From a virus (lineage: Duplodnaviria; Caudoviricetes), in the IMG/VR virus record IMGVR_UViG_3300043444_000183, positions 52 to 64,051 of that record: DNA of 64,000 nt; one strand, written 5' to 3'. Under the pieces are notes generated by a model. It ran no database searches, was not told the origin of the DNA, and was given only the letters and a program-made list of their open reading frames with translations. This document shows positions 17,465 through 26,538 of this stretch, piece by piece (the first letter of the stretch is position 1; every line of letters starts with the position of its first letter). The translations under genes and the position numbers were made by a program.

Positions 17465-19770
17465 AACTTTAATTGTTTTAACTCTTTAACAACAAAATGA
17501 ATCTGCTTACCAAGTGTAACTCGTATAACCCTTGGCTTCATGCCATAAGCAAACTCTCCATACGCATCTAACCAGTGGTAGAACTTGGCATTTGATATAG
17601 TATATCTACCCCTAGGCCCATAGTCAGGATATTCATCAACAAAACTATTAAGCATGTCCTTACCTAGCGTCTTAGCGTTTGGTTTGGTATCCATGTTGTC
17701 TCTTGATGATGCCCACTCGTAGAACTCTGACGATGTCTCAGCAATTAACTTACGAACCTTTAAGTTCTTGAACTCACTACTCATCAGTCCCTTCTGAAGG
17801 TACATCTGAAGGTTTGATATCATGTAGTTGTCAAACTTGATCCACTCGTCATCATGCCATCCGCTGTACAACATGTGACCAAACTCCTGCTCAGGTGTCT
17901 TGTTCTTGGTGTAGTACTGCTTAAATTCTAAGTCCCATTTACGTCGGTCGAATGAGTTACCTGCTCCCCTGATCGCATAGTTTGTAGTGATGACAATCTT
18001 AGGTGAGCGCTCAAATGGAACATGAATCTCATCCTTGTTCTTTTTCTCCAAGCTTATGCCCTCAGTGATGACACTGAATAGGTTCTCAAACGCAAAGTTC
18101 TTAGCGACGTCATCAAACACCAACACCTGTGTGTCAACCTGAACGCGTTGGTATGGGAATGACTTCTGGAAGCTGAACCCCTTTCCGTCAATCTTAACCA
18201 TCTTCTTCATGTGATTGATTGAGTTTACAAAGATACCCTTACCTGTACCACCCTCAGGGTTGTCACTGATGACCTCATCGTTTAATATGACAGCTGGGCA
18301 ATAGCTTGCTGGCTTATGGCTATGCATAAGATATCCAAGTGTCGAGCGCATCGATCGAATTCTATCTGACTCACCTCCTGAAATATTGCTGACAAACGTA
18401 TTAAACTCGCAGTCCTCAACGTTAGGACGGTAAATGAAGTCTCTTTTTATTCGCTGCATTTCCCACACATGGCCATCCAAATCCTTGTAGTCAATCACAT
18501 CCACCTTATCCTTAGTGACGTGCACAGCGCAGTTCATATAGTACAGATAGGCTGACTCATTGGTGTCCTCCTTAAACGTCGCCTCAATCTTTGGAACAAA
18601 GTTTAGGAACGCCTCTTGGAAGAACTTGGTGTTCATGGCGAAGTAGTTGTACACCATCAAGTCATCATAGTCCATCAGATAGTCAAGCACAAAGTCCTTG
18701 ATGATATCCTCGTTGACATCACTTATCAGGTTGTCAATCACTCTGACAAATACAAACGTCCTTGATCCTGGTGGGTAGTACTTAAAGAACCCATTGTTAT
18801 TTAGAAACGTTCTAAATAAGTGCGGCACTGCCTCAACCTTCCCTTTGCTCGACTTGGTCCAGAACTCTTCACAATCATCTTCTTGAGGAGATGTACTCAT
18901 CTTCTCAATCCTTTTGATTTCATCCAACTTCTCAACGTCCTCATAGAACTTAGTACCAAATGATGACATGTCACGATAGGCCGATCGAACAATCGTTGGT
19001 ATCTCAGCATGCATCTCACCCGATGGGTCTTGATTCATTAATACAGACTGAGCTTCAGATTGATTGACTCCGAACTCCTTTAAGGCCACAGCAAATACAT
19101 ACAGGTTGTTGTTGCGCTGTCCTGGAACCATACCGTAGTTCTTGCCCCACCAAATGCTTAGTCGTCTGATGATTTCATTGGTGTCGTCTACTCGGGTGGT
19201 TGTAGTCTGAACAGCTCTTGGCTGTGCAGACATCGGCTTAACCATATCAATGAACACCTTGCTATCCTCGTTAACATACATATCTGGGTCATACGACTCA
19301 TAGCATACGCGGCTGAGGTTCTTACTTGTGGTGTCAAATTCATTGCAGAAGAACAGCGAGTGAAGGCCATCAAAGTAGTACTTATGGTTCTCAATGTCGG
19401 CAGGTATCTTTACCAATACCTTCAACCCATCACCTGATGGCGACATGAAGATAGCATAGGTGTAAGGGCTGAGCTGTAGCTCAAAGCGTTTGTCTTCTAA
19501 GGCCTGCTGATTTTCAAAGGCATCGAAATCGAGGCATATAAGACCGCTGTGCTCTATGCAGGCAGTGTCTGCACGCTTCTCAAACTTACCGCTGAAACAT
19601 ATGGCAGGTAGTAGTTTCTTTCGCTCATTGCGTTCGTCCTTAGTCGAGGCAGCTCTGACCGATTCTACTAGCTCCTTCGACTTCCCCTCCCTGATCCTCT
19701 TCAGCGCTTGGCTTACGTCCACGTGGAAAGGTGTGGAGGTTTGTGTAATCGATTGAAAATAAGTCACCAT
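17458..19770 (-). CDS. Primase-helicase (VirE-N/BT4734-like primase, PriCT, P-loop helicase)
   Basis: KKLLPA, ICLDFD, SPSGDGLK, GQRNN, GGTGKG, FDD, ITTN. Confidence 0.88.
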   Translation of the reverse strand: MVTYFQSITQTSTPFHVDVSQALKRIREGKSKELVESVRAASTKDERNERKKLLPAICFSGKFEKRADTACIEHSGLICLDFDAFENQQALEDKRFELQLSPYTYAIFMSPSGDGLKVLVKIPADIENHKYYFDGLHSLFFCNEFDTTSKNLSRVCYESYDPDMYVNEDSKVFIDMVKPMSAQPRAVQTTTTRVDDTNEIIRRLSIWWGKNYGMVPGQRNNNLYVFAVALKEFGVNQSEAQSVLMNQDPSGEMHAEIPTIVRSAYRDMSSFGTKFYEDVEKLDEIKRIEKMSTSPQEDDCEEFWTKSSKGKVEAVPHLFRTFLNNNGFFKYYPPGSRTFVFVRVIDNLISDVNEDIIKDFVLDYLMDYDDLMVYNYFAMNTKFFQEAFLNFVPKIEATFKEDTNESAYLYYMNCAVHVTKDKVDVIDYKDLDGHVWEMQRIKRDFIYRPNVEDCEFNTFVSNISGGESDRIRSMRSTLGYLMHSHKPASYCPAVILNDEVISDNPEGGTGKGIFVNSINHMKKMVKIDGKGFSFQKSFPYQRVQVDTQVLVFDDVAKNFAFENLFSVITEGISLEKKNKDEIHVPFERSPKIVITTNYAIRGAGNSFDRRKWDLEFKQYYTKNKTPEQEFGHMLYSGWHDDEWIKFDNYMISNLQMYLQKGLMSSEFKNLKVRKLIAETSSEFYEWASSRDNMDTKPNAKTLGKDMLNSFVDEYPDYGPRGRYTISNAKFYHWLDAYGEFAYGMKPRVIRVTLGKQIHFVVKELKQLKLC

Positions 19771-20029
19771 CTCCTAATTCTTTTTTGTATTCAATTATAT
19801 TGTCCTCTATGTATGGATCGCCCTTAAGCGTCCTTGCAATATGCGTGTCAATGGCGCGCATGATTGACGTGTGCCTGCGATTGAACTCACTGCCGATGTC
19901 ATTAAGACTCATGTGGTAATGATGTCTCATGACAAACGCTAGGTAGTTCCGAACGTCGGCAACGGCCTTACATTGGCTGTCTCCGTCAAGATGGTCTCTC
20001 TTGATTATTCCCTTAATAACTTCTATCAT
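19640..20029 (-). CDS. Second DnaA C-terminal-like HTH protein
   Basis: RNYLAFVMRHHYHMSLNDIGSEFNRRHTSIMRA; probable start MIEVIK. Confidence 0.7.
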   Translation of the reverse strand: MIEVIKGIIKRDHLDGDSQCKAVADVRNYLAFVMRHHYHMSLNDIGSEFNRRHTSIMRAIDTHIARTLKGDPYIEDNIIEYKKELGDGDLFSIDYTNLHTFPRGRKPSAEEDQGGEVEGASRIGQSCLD

Positions 20030-20183
20030 AACATCTCTTTTGTATTTCAGTGGTACATTCACTAAAGTCAGTTGGTATCTCAATGACAGTGTGCTCTACT
20101 TTTGGTTTGCTATAGAATAGCCAGTACCCTATAGCTATGCCTGCCAACGTGTGCAGGATTCGGTAATAGTATTCTCGTTTCAT
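20013..20183 (-). CDS. Small membrane-anchored protein
   Basis: Start MKREYY overlaps the upstream stop; one hydrophobic helix. Confidence 0.55.
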   Translation of the reverse strand: MKREYYYRILHTLAGIAIGYWLFYSKPKVEHTVIEIPTDFSECTTEIQKRCYDRSY

Positions 20184-20437
20184 TGTTGGTTTGAACTTGT
20201 CGGAATTTCCGGAGAGTTGGTAAATGTTTGGTTGTAGTATTGTTCTCCAGTTTCGGGAAATCCTTCTCCGTGCGGGCAACTCCATCCTTCAAAATATGCC
20301 TTACTTATATGCTCCTTCTCCATTTCTTTGGCTTGATTTACTACATCCGTAACGTCATCATTATTATCTATTATATATCTACCACTATTCGTTACATAAC
20401 ATAATTCATCTACCAACCATTCTACTGCTGTTTTCAT
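20180..20437 (-). CDS. MKTAVEWL-type small phage protein
   Basis: MKTAVEWL...QAKEMEKE...EQYYNQTF. Confidence 0.8.
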   Translation of the reverse strand: MKTAVEWLVDELCYVTNSGRYIIDNNDDVTDVVNQAKEMEKEHISKAYFEGWSCPHGEGFPETGEQYYNQTFTNSPEIPTSSNQQ

Positions 20438-20533
20438 TTTATTGTTGTTTAGGTTTCTTTACTCCCATCTCCTCCGGTGTTGCTGGAGATGACTTAGGTT
20501 TCTTTACCGGTTTTTCTTGTGTGATAATGATCA

Positions 20534-20869
20534 TCATAGCCCTTGTTTTAGTTGTGCAATCTTGGCCTCCATGTCTTCAAAATGAATGGTGCCCCTATCT
20601 CTCATTTGTTGCATGTACCACGCATGGTACTGATCGAGCAATTGGCCCTCGGCTCTCTTTCTCACAATCATCTTCTCTAGGTACAGCGTTAAGTCTTGAG
20701 CTTCCTCCTGAGCATGCGTAAGCCAATCAATGTCCGACAAATCATTGCGGTCCATAGTGAAGCCATACTTCTTGATTCCTGTTTCGGAACGCTGTCTATA
20801 CTTATTGATTACCGACTCAACGATAGAGTCTTTTATCGGCTTGTCAGCCGTTGAAGTTTTAAACCACAT
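20534..20869 (-). CDS. All-alpha NTP pyrophosphatase-like protein
   Basis: RSETGIKKYG...HAQEEAQD. Confidence 0.55.
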   Translation of the reverse strand: MWFKTSTADKPIKDSIVESVINKYRQRSETGIKKYGFTMDRNDLSDIDWLTHAQEEAQDLTLYLEKMIVRKRAEGQLLDQYHAWYMQQMRDRGTIHFEDMEAKIAQLKQGL

Positions 20870-20883
20870 GATTAAATTAGATT

Positions 20884-20943
20884 AAAAATGGGTGCACTAG
20901 GATACACCCATTAAACCAAAACAACAAACCTGTCCTAGCAGGT
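20884..20943 (-). terminator. Terminator hairpin preceded by a hairpin with a complementary loop
   Basis: ACCTG-CTAGGA-CAGGT ... AATGGGTGTA-TCCTAG-TGCACCCATT-TTT. Confidence 0.6.
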
Positions 20944-20951
20944 GCTATGAA

Positions 20952-21305
20952 CTAAAATGGCAGATCGTCAGAGTGACCTGATCCAGGTGTGCTAGGCGCT
21001 ACGTTAGGAGCGAATGCCGGGTTAGATGTGGCCGTAACAGCAAAGCCCTCAATAGTAGAGAAGTACTTCACCTGCCCATCCTTTGGATTGGTCCACTCAC
21101 GACCCTTTAAACTGAACGATACCTCAATCTCTTGGCCTTCAGCAATGCTTTCCAATAAGTCACACTTGTCATTAACAAATGTGAATGGAATGTACTGCGG
21201 ATACTGAGCAGCACCGTCAGTTACAACGAACTCACGCTTACGAAATTTGTCGGAGATAGTCTCCACGTTGCCCACTTTGTAGGCAATCCCTTTGAATTTA
21301 AACAT
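20952..21305 (-). CDS. Single-stranded DNA-binding protein (DUF3127-like)
   Basis: FRKREFVV...YPQYI...GREW; acidic DDLPF tail. Confidence 0.85.
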   Translation of the reverse strand: MFKFKGIAYKVGNVETISDKFRKREFVVTDGAAQYPQYIPFTFVNDKCDLLESIAEGQEIEVSFSLKGREWTNPKDGQVKYFSTIEGFAVTATSNPAFAPNVAPSTPGSGHSDDLPF

Positions 21306-21316
21306 ATAGGTATTAA

Positions 21317-21565
21317 TTAAAAGATTACGGAAATAATTATTGTAATAGCTATTGCGGTAACAACTATCACGGTAGCTACGGTTACTAATTGCTTACCAAC
21401 ATTGTCTTGGTATAACTGAACGATTTCAACCTCATCAGGAAAGAACACATACTCTTGTCCTTTTACTCTAACATAGTATAGATGACCTCTCTTGTCTATC
21501 GGAAATAATTCACCGACATAGTTATACAATGATGGGTATCCACCATCAGTAAGCAATCGTATCAT
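21317..21565 (-). CDS. Hypothetical membrane-anchored protein
   Basis: C-terminal hydrophobic helix. Confidence 0.65.
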   Translation of the reverse strand: MIRLLTDGGYPSLYNYVGELFPIDKRGHLYYVRVKGQEYVFFPDEVEIVQLYQDNVGKQLVTVATVIVVTAIAITIIISVIF

Positions 21566-22347
21566 TGGTTCTTGGTATTTAAATAGTCAACGTACCACTT
21601 AGCATACTCAATGCTAGCATCTAACGCAGCGTCCATCACAGCTATCTCATCGTCGGTCAATGTGACCTTAACAATAGTAGCGCGTAGTTGATCAGGCACG
21701 TCACCCATGTAATGCAACGTCGGCTCGTCCCATTCATTGAGCAAATCCTCAGGCGTGTCGCTTAACATGTATGCCACCTCACCATCACGCCAATCAAGAC
21801 CAGTCATCTTGCGCAGCATAAATAGATAACTCTTTATCTGCCAGTCATAACCTGCCTCTTTGACTTTCTTCTGAGCCTTACTCTCCAACTTAGGGAACGT
21901 CTTCTTAGACCATGGGCTCTTGATGTCGATGACCTTCAATCGCTTTTTGTCAGCGATGTCAGGGTGACCACCCAAGCACTTGTAAACAAGCTCATAGAAC
22001 TCATCACCCTCAACTAGCTTCTTGTAGTCAGTGAAGAAGATGCGGTTGTATAGCTCAATCGAGTCGTCCTCAACGCGCGTACCTTTGTCAGTCTCACGGC
22101 TACCAAACGAGTCTTTGTATTGGTATGCCGTGGTGTTGACGATGTCCTCGATGATAGTCTTTGCACCATCACTGAGCTCAGGCTTGGCGTCACGCTTGGC
22201 AATCAACTCATCACGCTTGGCTGCTTGAATTTCAGTTAGCTTGACCTTGGCTAGTAGGCCATCAAGAGTGGCTGATTGAACCGGGGTTAAACCTCCGCTC
22301 GCGCCCGAAAATATTCCTGAACTATTGGATGCCCTTAATTTGATCAT
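21562..22347 (-). CDS. PD-(D/E)XK exonuclease (YqaJ/lambda-exo-like)
   Basis: RAS...G..VE...GHPDI...IDIKSPW...YDWQIKSY. Confidence 0.82.
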   Translation of the reverse strand: MIKLRASNSSGIFSGASGGLTPVQSATLDGLLAKVKLTEIQAAKRDELIAKRDAKPELSDGAKTIIEDIVNTTAYQYKDSFGSRETDKGTRVEDDSIELYNRIFFTDYKKLVEGDEFYELVYKCLGGHPDIADKKRLKVIDIKSPWSKKTFPKLESKAQKKVKEAGYDWQIKSYLFMLRKMTGLDWRDGEVAYMLSDTPEDLLNEWDEPTLHYMGDVPDQLRATIVKVTLTDDEIAVMDAALDASIEYAKWYVDYLNTKNQ

Positions 22348-22801
22348 GTTGCGCCTGGTTTAAATTAAAATCACTAGTCAACTTCTCAACGGTTGTCTTG
22401 CCTTCCTGCAACGCCTGCAACGCCTTAGCGAAACGAGCGTCGTCAAGGGTTGGCTTCGCCTTCGTAGGTAATGGACGCGTGCTGAAACGCAACGCATCTA
22501 CCATACCTTGTGGACTCTTGACCTTCTCTACCGACATGACAATCTGCTTGCCTAGGTAGTCGTTGAAGTCAAACGAGTTGAAGAATGTCTCTAGTCTTCT
22601 AAAGTTTGAGCGATTACACACCATGGACTTAGGGTATTCCTTGAACTTGACGAAGACCTTGTCTTCCTTGCCCATCTCACCGACCATGACGTCTTGATAA
22701 ATTTTTTCGATTGTAACGATTCGTGGCTCGTACTTGCCATCGACCTCCAAGTCCCAACTCCCTAGGTACTTGTTGTCTTTCATTAAATTTCTCCAGTGCA
22801 T
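22322..22801 (-). CDS. Recombination-associated protein (candidate ssDNA annealing/binding)
   Basis: HW...KYLGSWDL; adjacent to the exonuclease and SSB; TAAATTTG box upstream. Confidence 0.55.
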   Translation of the reverse strand: MHWRNLMKDNKYLGSWDLEVDGKYEPRIVTIEKIYQDVMVGEMGKEDKVFVKFKEYPKSMVCNRSNFRRLETFFNSFDFNDYLGKQIVMSVEKVKSPQGMVDALRFSTRPLPTKAKPTLDDARFAKALQALQEGKTTVEKLTSDFNLNQAQHDQIKGIQ

Positions 22802-22841
22802 TAGATTACAAATTTAGTTAAAAAATATTAAACATTCAAAA

Positions 22842-23315
22842 TTATTTTACATATTCTAGGATAACAAAGTCCTCCTCAAAATCAATCGACTCGTTGGGTA
22901 GGAACTTGAACCATACCACGTAGTCATTTGACTTTGTTCTAGTGATATAAACAACGTATACCATGTGCTCCTCTTCATCTCTAATAAAGTAGTTGAACAG
23001 TGGTGTGTCAGTGTCACTCTTGTCAATAGCAAGGGTGTGCATCTTGGCTCCGTTGTGCTGCAAGGTTGGTAGAGCGATAGACAAAGCGGTGTTCATGTCA
23101 GGAGATGTGGTGTAAAAGTTACCATTTGATACCACGTTGTACTCAGGCCGATCAGGGATCCATTGGGCTGCTATGCCTTGCGTTAGAGCCATAAGACCAC
23201 AGAAGAACATTGTTACAACCAATGGGATGCCGAGGCTTGCCCGTAGAACTGTGTTGTTAATCTTGGCGACATGCAGTAACCCTGCATATGCGCCTACTGA
23301 AATTAGTGCATACAT
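22842..23315 (-). CDS. Hypothetical membrane protein
   Basis: Two N-terminal hydrophobic segments. Confidence 0.65.
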   Translation of the reverse strand: MYALISVGAYAGLLHVAKINNTVLRASLGIPLVVTMFFCGLMALTQGIAAQWIPDRPEYNVVSNGNFYTTSPDMNTALSIALPTLQHNGAKMHTLAIDKSDTDTPLFNYFIRDEEEHMVYVVYITRTKSNDYVVWFKFLPNESIDFEEDFVILEYVK

Positions 23316-23422
23316 ATTAATTAGGATTTATAAATTCAATTTTGATTTGTACTTTGGCTTCATTAATAGACTCTATCGGCATGCTTGACATAATAGCACA
23401 TAGGTCAAGCGCCCGCCATCTG

Positions 23423-23620
23423 TTAACTGCGAATAGCTTTAGAGTCTGGCCATTCTCGAACGTCACGATGTATCTCTTCAAGACTGGCGACATAGATGAT
23501 GGTGTCTTCATTGATATTTGATTTAGTGATTGCCTCTCTTATACTACGAGCCTCAACCGTCACACCTGTGCACATGATTGGACTAATGTGGTAGCACACA
23601 TGATAACTACTATACCTCAT
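23423..23620 (-). CDS. Hypothetical protein
   Basis: Co-oriented small ORF. Confidence 0.55.
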   Translation of the reverse strand: MRYSSYHVCYHISPIMCTGVTVEARSIREAITKSNINEDTIIYVASLEEIHRDVREWPDSKAIRS

Positions 23621-23903
23621 AAGTGATAAGCCCCCATAATAGTTTAACTACTCGCTTCTTTGGTTTCTGCATCGACTCAAGCTCATGCTTGATACGGCCG
23701 AGATGACGTTTGGTCGGTAAACCTTTTGACCACTTGTACCATGTACCCTTGGTCTTCTGAACGTAGCCTAGCTTGACACAAATGGTGATCAGGTATGCGC
23801 TTACTCTATGCTTCGAGCGCATCTCATGCAACTTGAAACCATCGCTTAAATACATGTCCTCTAAGACCGTCATGTACTTGGTCTGCATTCTTTCGTTCAT
23901 CAT
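23610..23903 (-). CDS. Hypothetical basic protein, possible winged helix
   Basis: CVKLGYVQKTKGTWYKW. Confidence 0.6.
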   Translation of the reverse strand: MMNERMQTKYMTVLEDMYLSDGFKLHEMRSKHRVSAYLITICVKLGYVQKTKGTWYKWSKGLPTKRHLGRIKHELESMQKPKKRVVKLLWGLITYEV

Positions 23904-23927
23904 AACTTTATAGATATTCCGTGTAAT

Positions 23928-23968
23928 AAAAAATGGATGAGTATCTCCCTGTCATCCAAACTCAGGGA
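23928..23968 (-). terminator. Terminator whose loop can form an H-type pseudoknot
   Basis: TCCCTG-AGTT-TGGATGA-CAGGGA-GATAC-TCATCCA-TTTTTT. Confidence 0.6.
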
Positions 23969-24005
23969 CACTGACAGGCCGATAGTCCTACCGGCTGGCC
24001 AACTT

Positions 24006-24263
24006 TCAGTTATTCTTATCTGCATAAAATTTAAGGGATTGTGCTAGCATCTCAGCGCTCATGAATTCCTGATCAAACATCTCGATGAGGTAGTCCTGGA
24101 ATTCAACTTGGCGTCGCGTTGATAGCGATTGATATAACTCTTTGCTCTGCTTCTTTTGGCCGTTCAGTTTGCTCTCATAGATGTAGTCGAATAACTGCTC
24201 CCATGTCTCTAGGCCTAGCAGGGTGGGTAGTACGGTTTCGGTTGGGTGTTCTAGTGATTTCAT
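24006..24263 (-). CDS. Hypothetical protein (paralog of the next ORF)
   Basis: Shared F..I........KEL...LS..Q...F pattern. Confidence 0.7.
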   Translation of the reverse strand: MKSLEHPTETVLPTLLGLETWEQLFDYIYESKLNGQKKQSKELYQSLSTRRQVEFQDYLIEMFDQEFMSAEMLAQSLKFYADKNN

Positions 24264-24457
24264 AGCTCATCCATTAGTTCATAGTAATACACCTCGTCTA
24301 GAAACTGCTCGAAGGCTAGCAGTTGGGAACGTGATAATTTTGATTGCATCTCCTTAGCGATCGAGTGCTCGTTGGCCTCGATGTGTTGGCAGATTTGTTC
24401 GAAGTATTCGTCTAGATTACCATAGCCATGGTATTCTAAGTCATGTTTAGTTATCAT
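24260..24457 (-). CDS. Hypothetical protein
   Basis: Paralog of 24006-24263. Confidence 0.7.
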   Translation of the reverse strand: MITKHDLEYHGYGNLDEYFEQICQHIEANEHSIAKEMQSKLSRSQLLAFEQFLDEVYYYELMDEL

Positions 24458-24789
24458 GTTTTAAGTTTTAGTGTTCCGTTGTTATCCTTTAATTCATAGA
24501 CGTGCTTGCATTCTACACATACAACTTGGCGCCCGTCCATGTCGTCAGTATCGAATTCCCAATCCTCCCGCTCGTCAATTTCATATATATTAAAGTGCAT
24601 GCAGTTTGGACATGTGAACCTAATTGTAGCGCTGTAGGTTACGGTCTCGTAGTTCGATAGCTCAGCAATTGGATTTTCTCTCATAGCGTTTGCTATCTTT
24701 AGTGCTTTGATTTGGTCGGGGTCTCCAAATTTTGCAAGCTCTTCAACACCATTTCGGTAGAACTTGCCGTTTTTAACTACTACTGTCAT
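24454..24789 (-). CDS. Zinc-ribbon protein
   Basis: CPNC...CVEC. Confidence 0.7.
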   Translation of the reverse strand: MTVVVKNGKFYRNGVEELAKFGDPDQIKALKIANAMRENPIAELSNYETVTYSATIRFTCPNCMHFNIYEIDEREDWEFDTDDMDGRQVVCVECKHVYELKDNNGTLKLKT

Positions 24790-24877
24790 GTTGATTTATT
24801 TTTTAGAGTTACTAATTGATAGCCATATAAACCAAAGTGGTAAGGCTATAATCCATGCTGCGACTAATATCATATTA

Positions 24878-25168
24878 TTAAAAATGTTTAAGTTCGAAAT
24901 ACCCTACGCCTGTAAATGGAATTCCGCCGTCGTAGTTGTAATTATATTGAAGTCTTAAAATTACCTCACCTGTTTTTTTACCTACGCAAAAGTTCTGAAA
25001 TCTAACAAACCCCTTAATAGAATCTTTTAATATTAAAGAAACTAACTTGTAGGCTTTTTTATCCATGTCGGTTAATTTGTTATAGTCTAACTCGTCATAA
25101 CCTTTCTGTTGGTAGGTTAGGTTTGGGTATTTATCATATATACCCTTTAGAATTTTCTGTGTCTCCAT
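24878..25168 (-). CDS. Hypothetical protein
   Basis: Co-oriented ORF. Confidence 0.7.
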   Translation of the reverse strand: METQKILKGIYDKYPNLTYQQKGYDELDYNKLTDMDKKAYKLVSLILKDSIKGFVRFQNFCVGKKTGEVILRLQYNYNYDGGIPFTGVGYFELKHF

Positions 25169-25172
25169 GTCG

Positions 25173-25601
25173 TTACATTTTACCGTCGTCAGCTAATGAT
25201 GTGTAGCCTTCTCCGGGGGTTAAAATAATACTGTCTAATAATTGAATGTCAAGCGTGTCAAGACCAGCTTTCAGCTTGCGCGTTAGGTTGATGTCATCGG
25301 TCGATGGCTCAAGATTGCCAGAAGGATGATTGTGACAAAAGATTACACCGCTCGCTAAACTATCAACAGCGTACTTTGCAACTATCTTGTTGTCAACATA
25401 TGTACCCGCAACACCGCCCTGACTTATCTTGGCATAGCCGATTGTCTTGTTCTGACGATTGAGCAACAAAATAAATGCACTCTCAAATACATCAATGTCG
25501 TCCCCGTAAAATTGACGGATGAAATCAGCAGCCTCCTGAGAGTTCCTTATCTTGACTGATGGGAAGTTGGTTTGGATTTTTTTTAGCTCGAATAGTTTCA
25601 T
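25173..25601 (-). CDS. RadC-like JAB/MPN domain protein
   Basis: ESAFILLL...HNHPSG...PSTDD...LLDSII. Confidence 0.9.
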   Translation of the reverse strand: MKLFELKKIQTNFPSVKIRNSQEAADFIRQFYGDDIDVFESAFILLLNRQNKTIGYAKISQGGVAGTYVDNKIVAKYAVDSLASGVIFCHNHPSGNLEPSTDDINLTRKLKAGLDTLDIQLLDSIILTPGEGYTSLADDGKM

Positions 25602-25863
25602 GTGGATAGATATTTAGAAAGTGAAATAATTGTACTAGCTCAGCCTCATTTTTTGCCGTCTTGAGCGGTGTGCGGAATTTAAGATACCAATAGGCCCCGA
25701 AGTTGTCCCATGTCATCTCGTCCGTGAACTGAGACTCTAAATACATGCGGAACTTCTCGCGATTTAAACAGACTAACTGCTTAACTGTCGAGTTCTTGTT
25801 CCATCGGTTTGACCTGATTGAGTCGTTTAATAATTGTCTGTAACGTAATTTTAATTTTTCCAT
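25525..25863 (-). CDS. Catalytically degenerate HNH-family protein
   Basis: YLESQFTDEMTWDNFG..W matches a phage HNH family, but the expected HIDH is YLKF. Confidence 0.55.
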   Translation of the reverse strand: MEKLKLRYRQLLNDSIRSNRWNKNSTVKQLVCLNREKFRMYLESQFTDEMTWDNFGAYWYLKFRTPLKTAKNEAELVQLFHFLNIYPHETIRAKKNPNQLPISQDKELSGGC

Positions 25864-25920
25864 CGTATAACTTTTTAGTTCAGTAAAGTTATACAACTTT
25901 TTTGATTGATTGGTTGATTG

Positions 25921-26253
25921 ATGTCAAAAACAATGTTGACTTTTACCTTTAATGTCGATTTCATGTTGGTTCAATGTCGATTTTATGTCGATTTTTCCCT
26001 TATAGAATAAGGAAAGTGTTGAAATGTTAAGTTTTTTCCTAATAGATTTAAAATAAAATATATAGTATAACTTATAAGTATATATATAATATAAGCTTTT
26101 TCTACCACTATGGTATAAATTACAGCATTTCGACATAAAAGAGGGTTAAATTATTGTGAATCAAGAAGTTACGCTAAAAAAAGTTGACATAAAGTTGACA
26201 TAGCGTAACATAACTTGACATTTGGTCCTGATAATCAGGCAGTTAGTTGACAT
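25921..26253. other. Candidate replication origin
   Basis: Phased ATGT(C/T)GA repeats, AT-rich core, inverted T(T/C)GACAT repeats, two IHF-consensus sites. Confidence 0.65.
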
Positions 26254-26392
26254 ACTCCTTTATGTAGTAGGTCACTAGCTCTTTTAGAGTTAGTGAATTG
26301 GTATACTGACTGCACTGAGTGGCATACCGGCCGTTTGGTTTGACGATTACATTGCCATCGGCGAGCCATTGCTTAAGTCGATCGAGTATCAT
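26243..26392 (-). CDS. Small early protein (49 aa)
   Basis: Translated by hand: MILDRLKQWLADG... Confidence 0.55.
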   Translation of the reverse strand: MILDRLKQWLADGNVIVKPNGRYATQCSQYTNSLTLKELVTYYIKEYVN

Positions 26393-26538
26393 GGCTTAAT
26401 AATAAATACTTGGTTTGACATTGGGCACTGAACTGCAATTGTGGTGTCAGTTACATTGCCGATTACTTTGTAGTCGCCCGTCAAAACGAACTGCCGACCG
26501 CTCACAATGAGGGTCTCTTGGTTGGATAGCTTTATCAT
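26389..26538 (-). CDS. Small early protein (49 aa)
   Basis: Translated by hand: MIKLSNQETL...; ATGA overlaps at both ends. Confidence 0.55.
   Translation of the reverse strand: MIKLSNQETLIVSGRQFVLTGDYKVIGNVTDTTIAVQCPMSNQVFIIKP

Noticed and set aside
25924-26136. 70-aa ORF
   Set aside because: It is a translation of the origin repeats and AT-rich core
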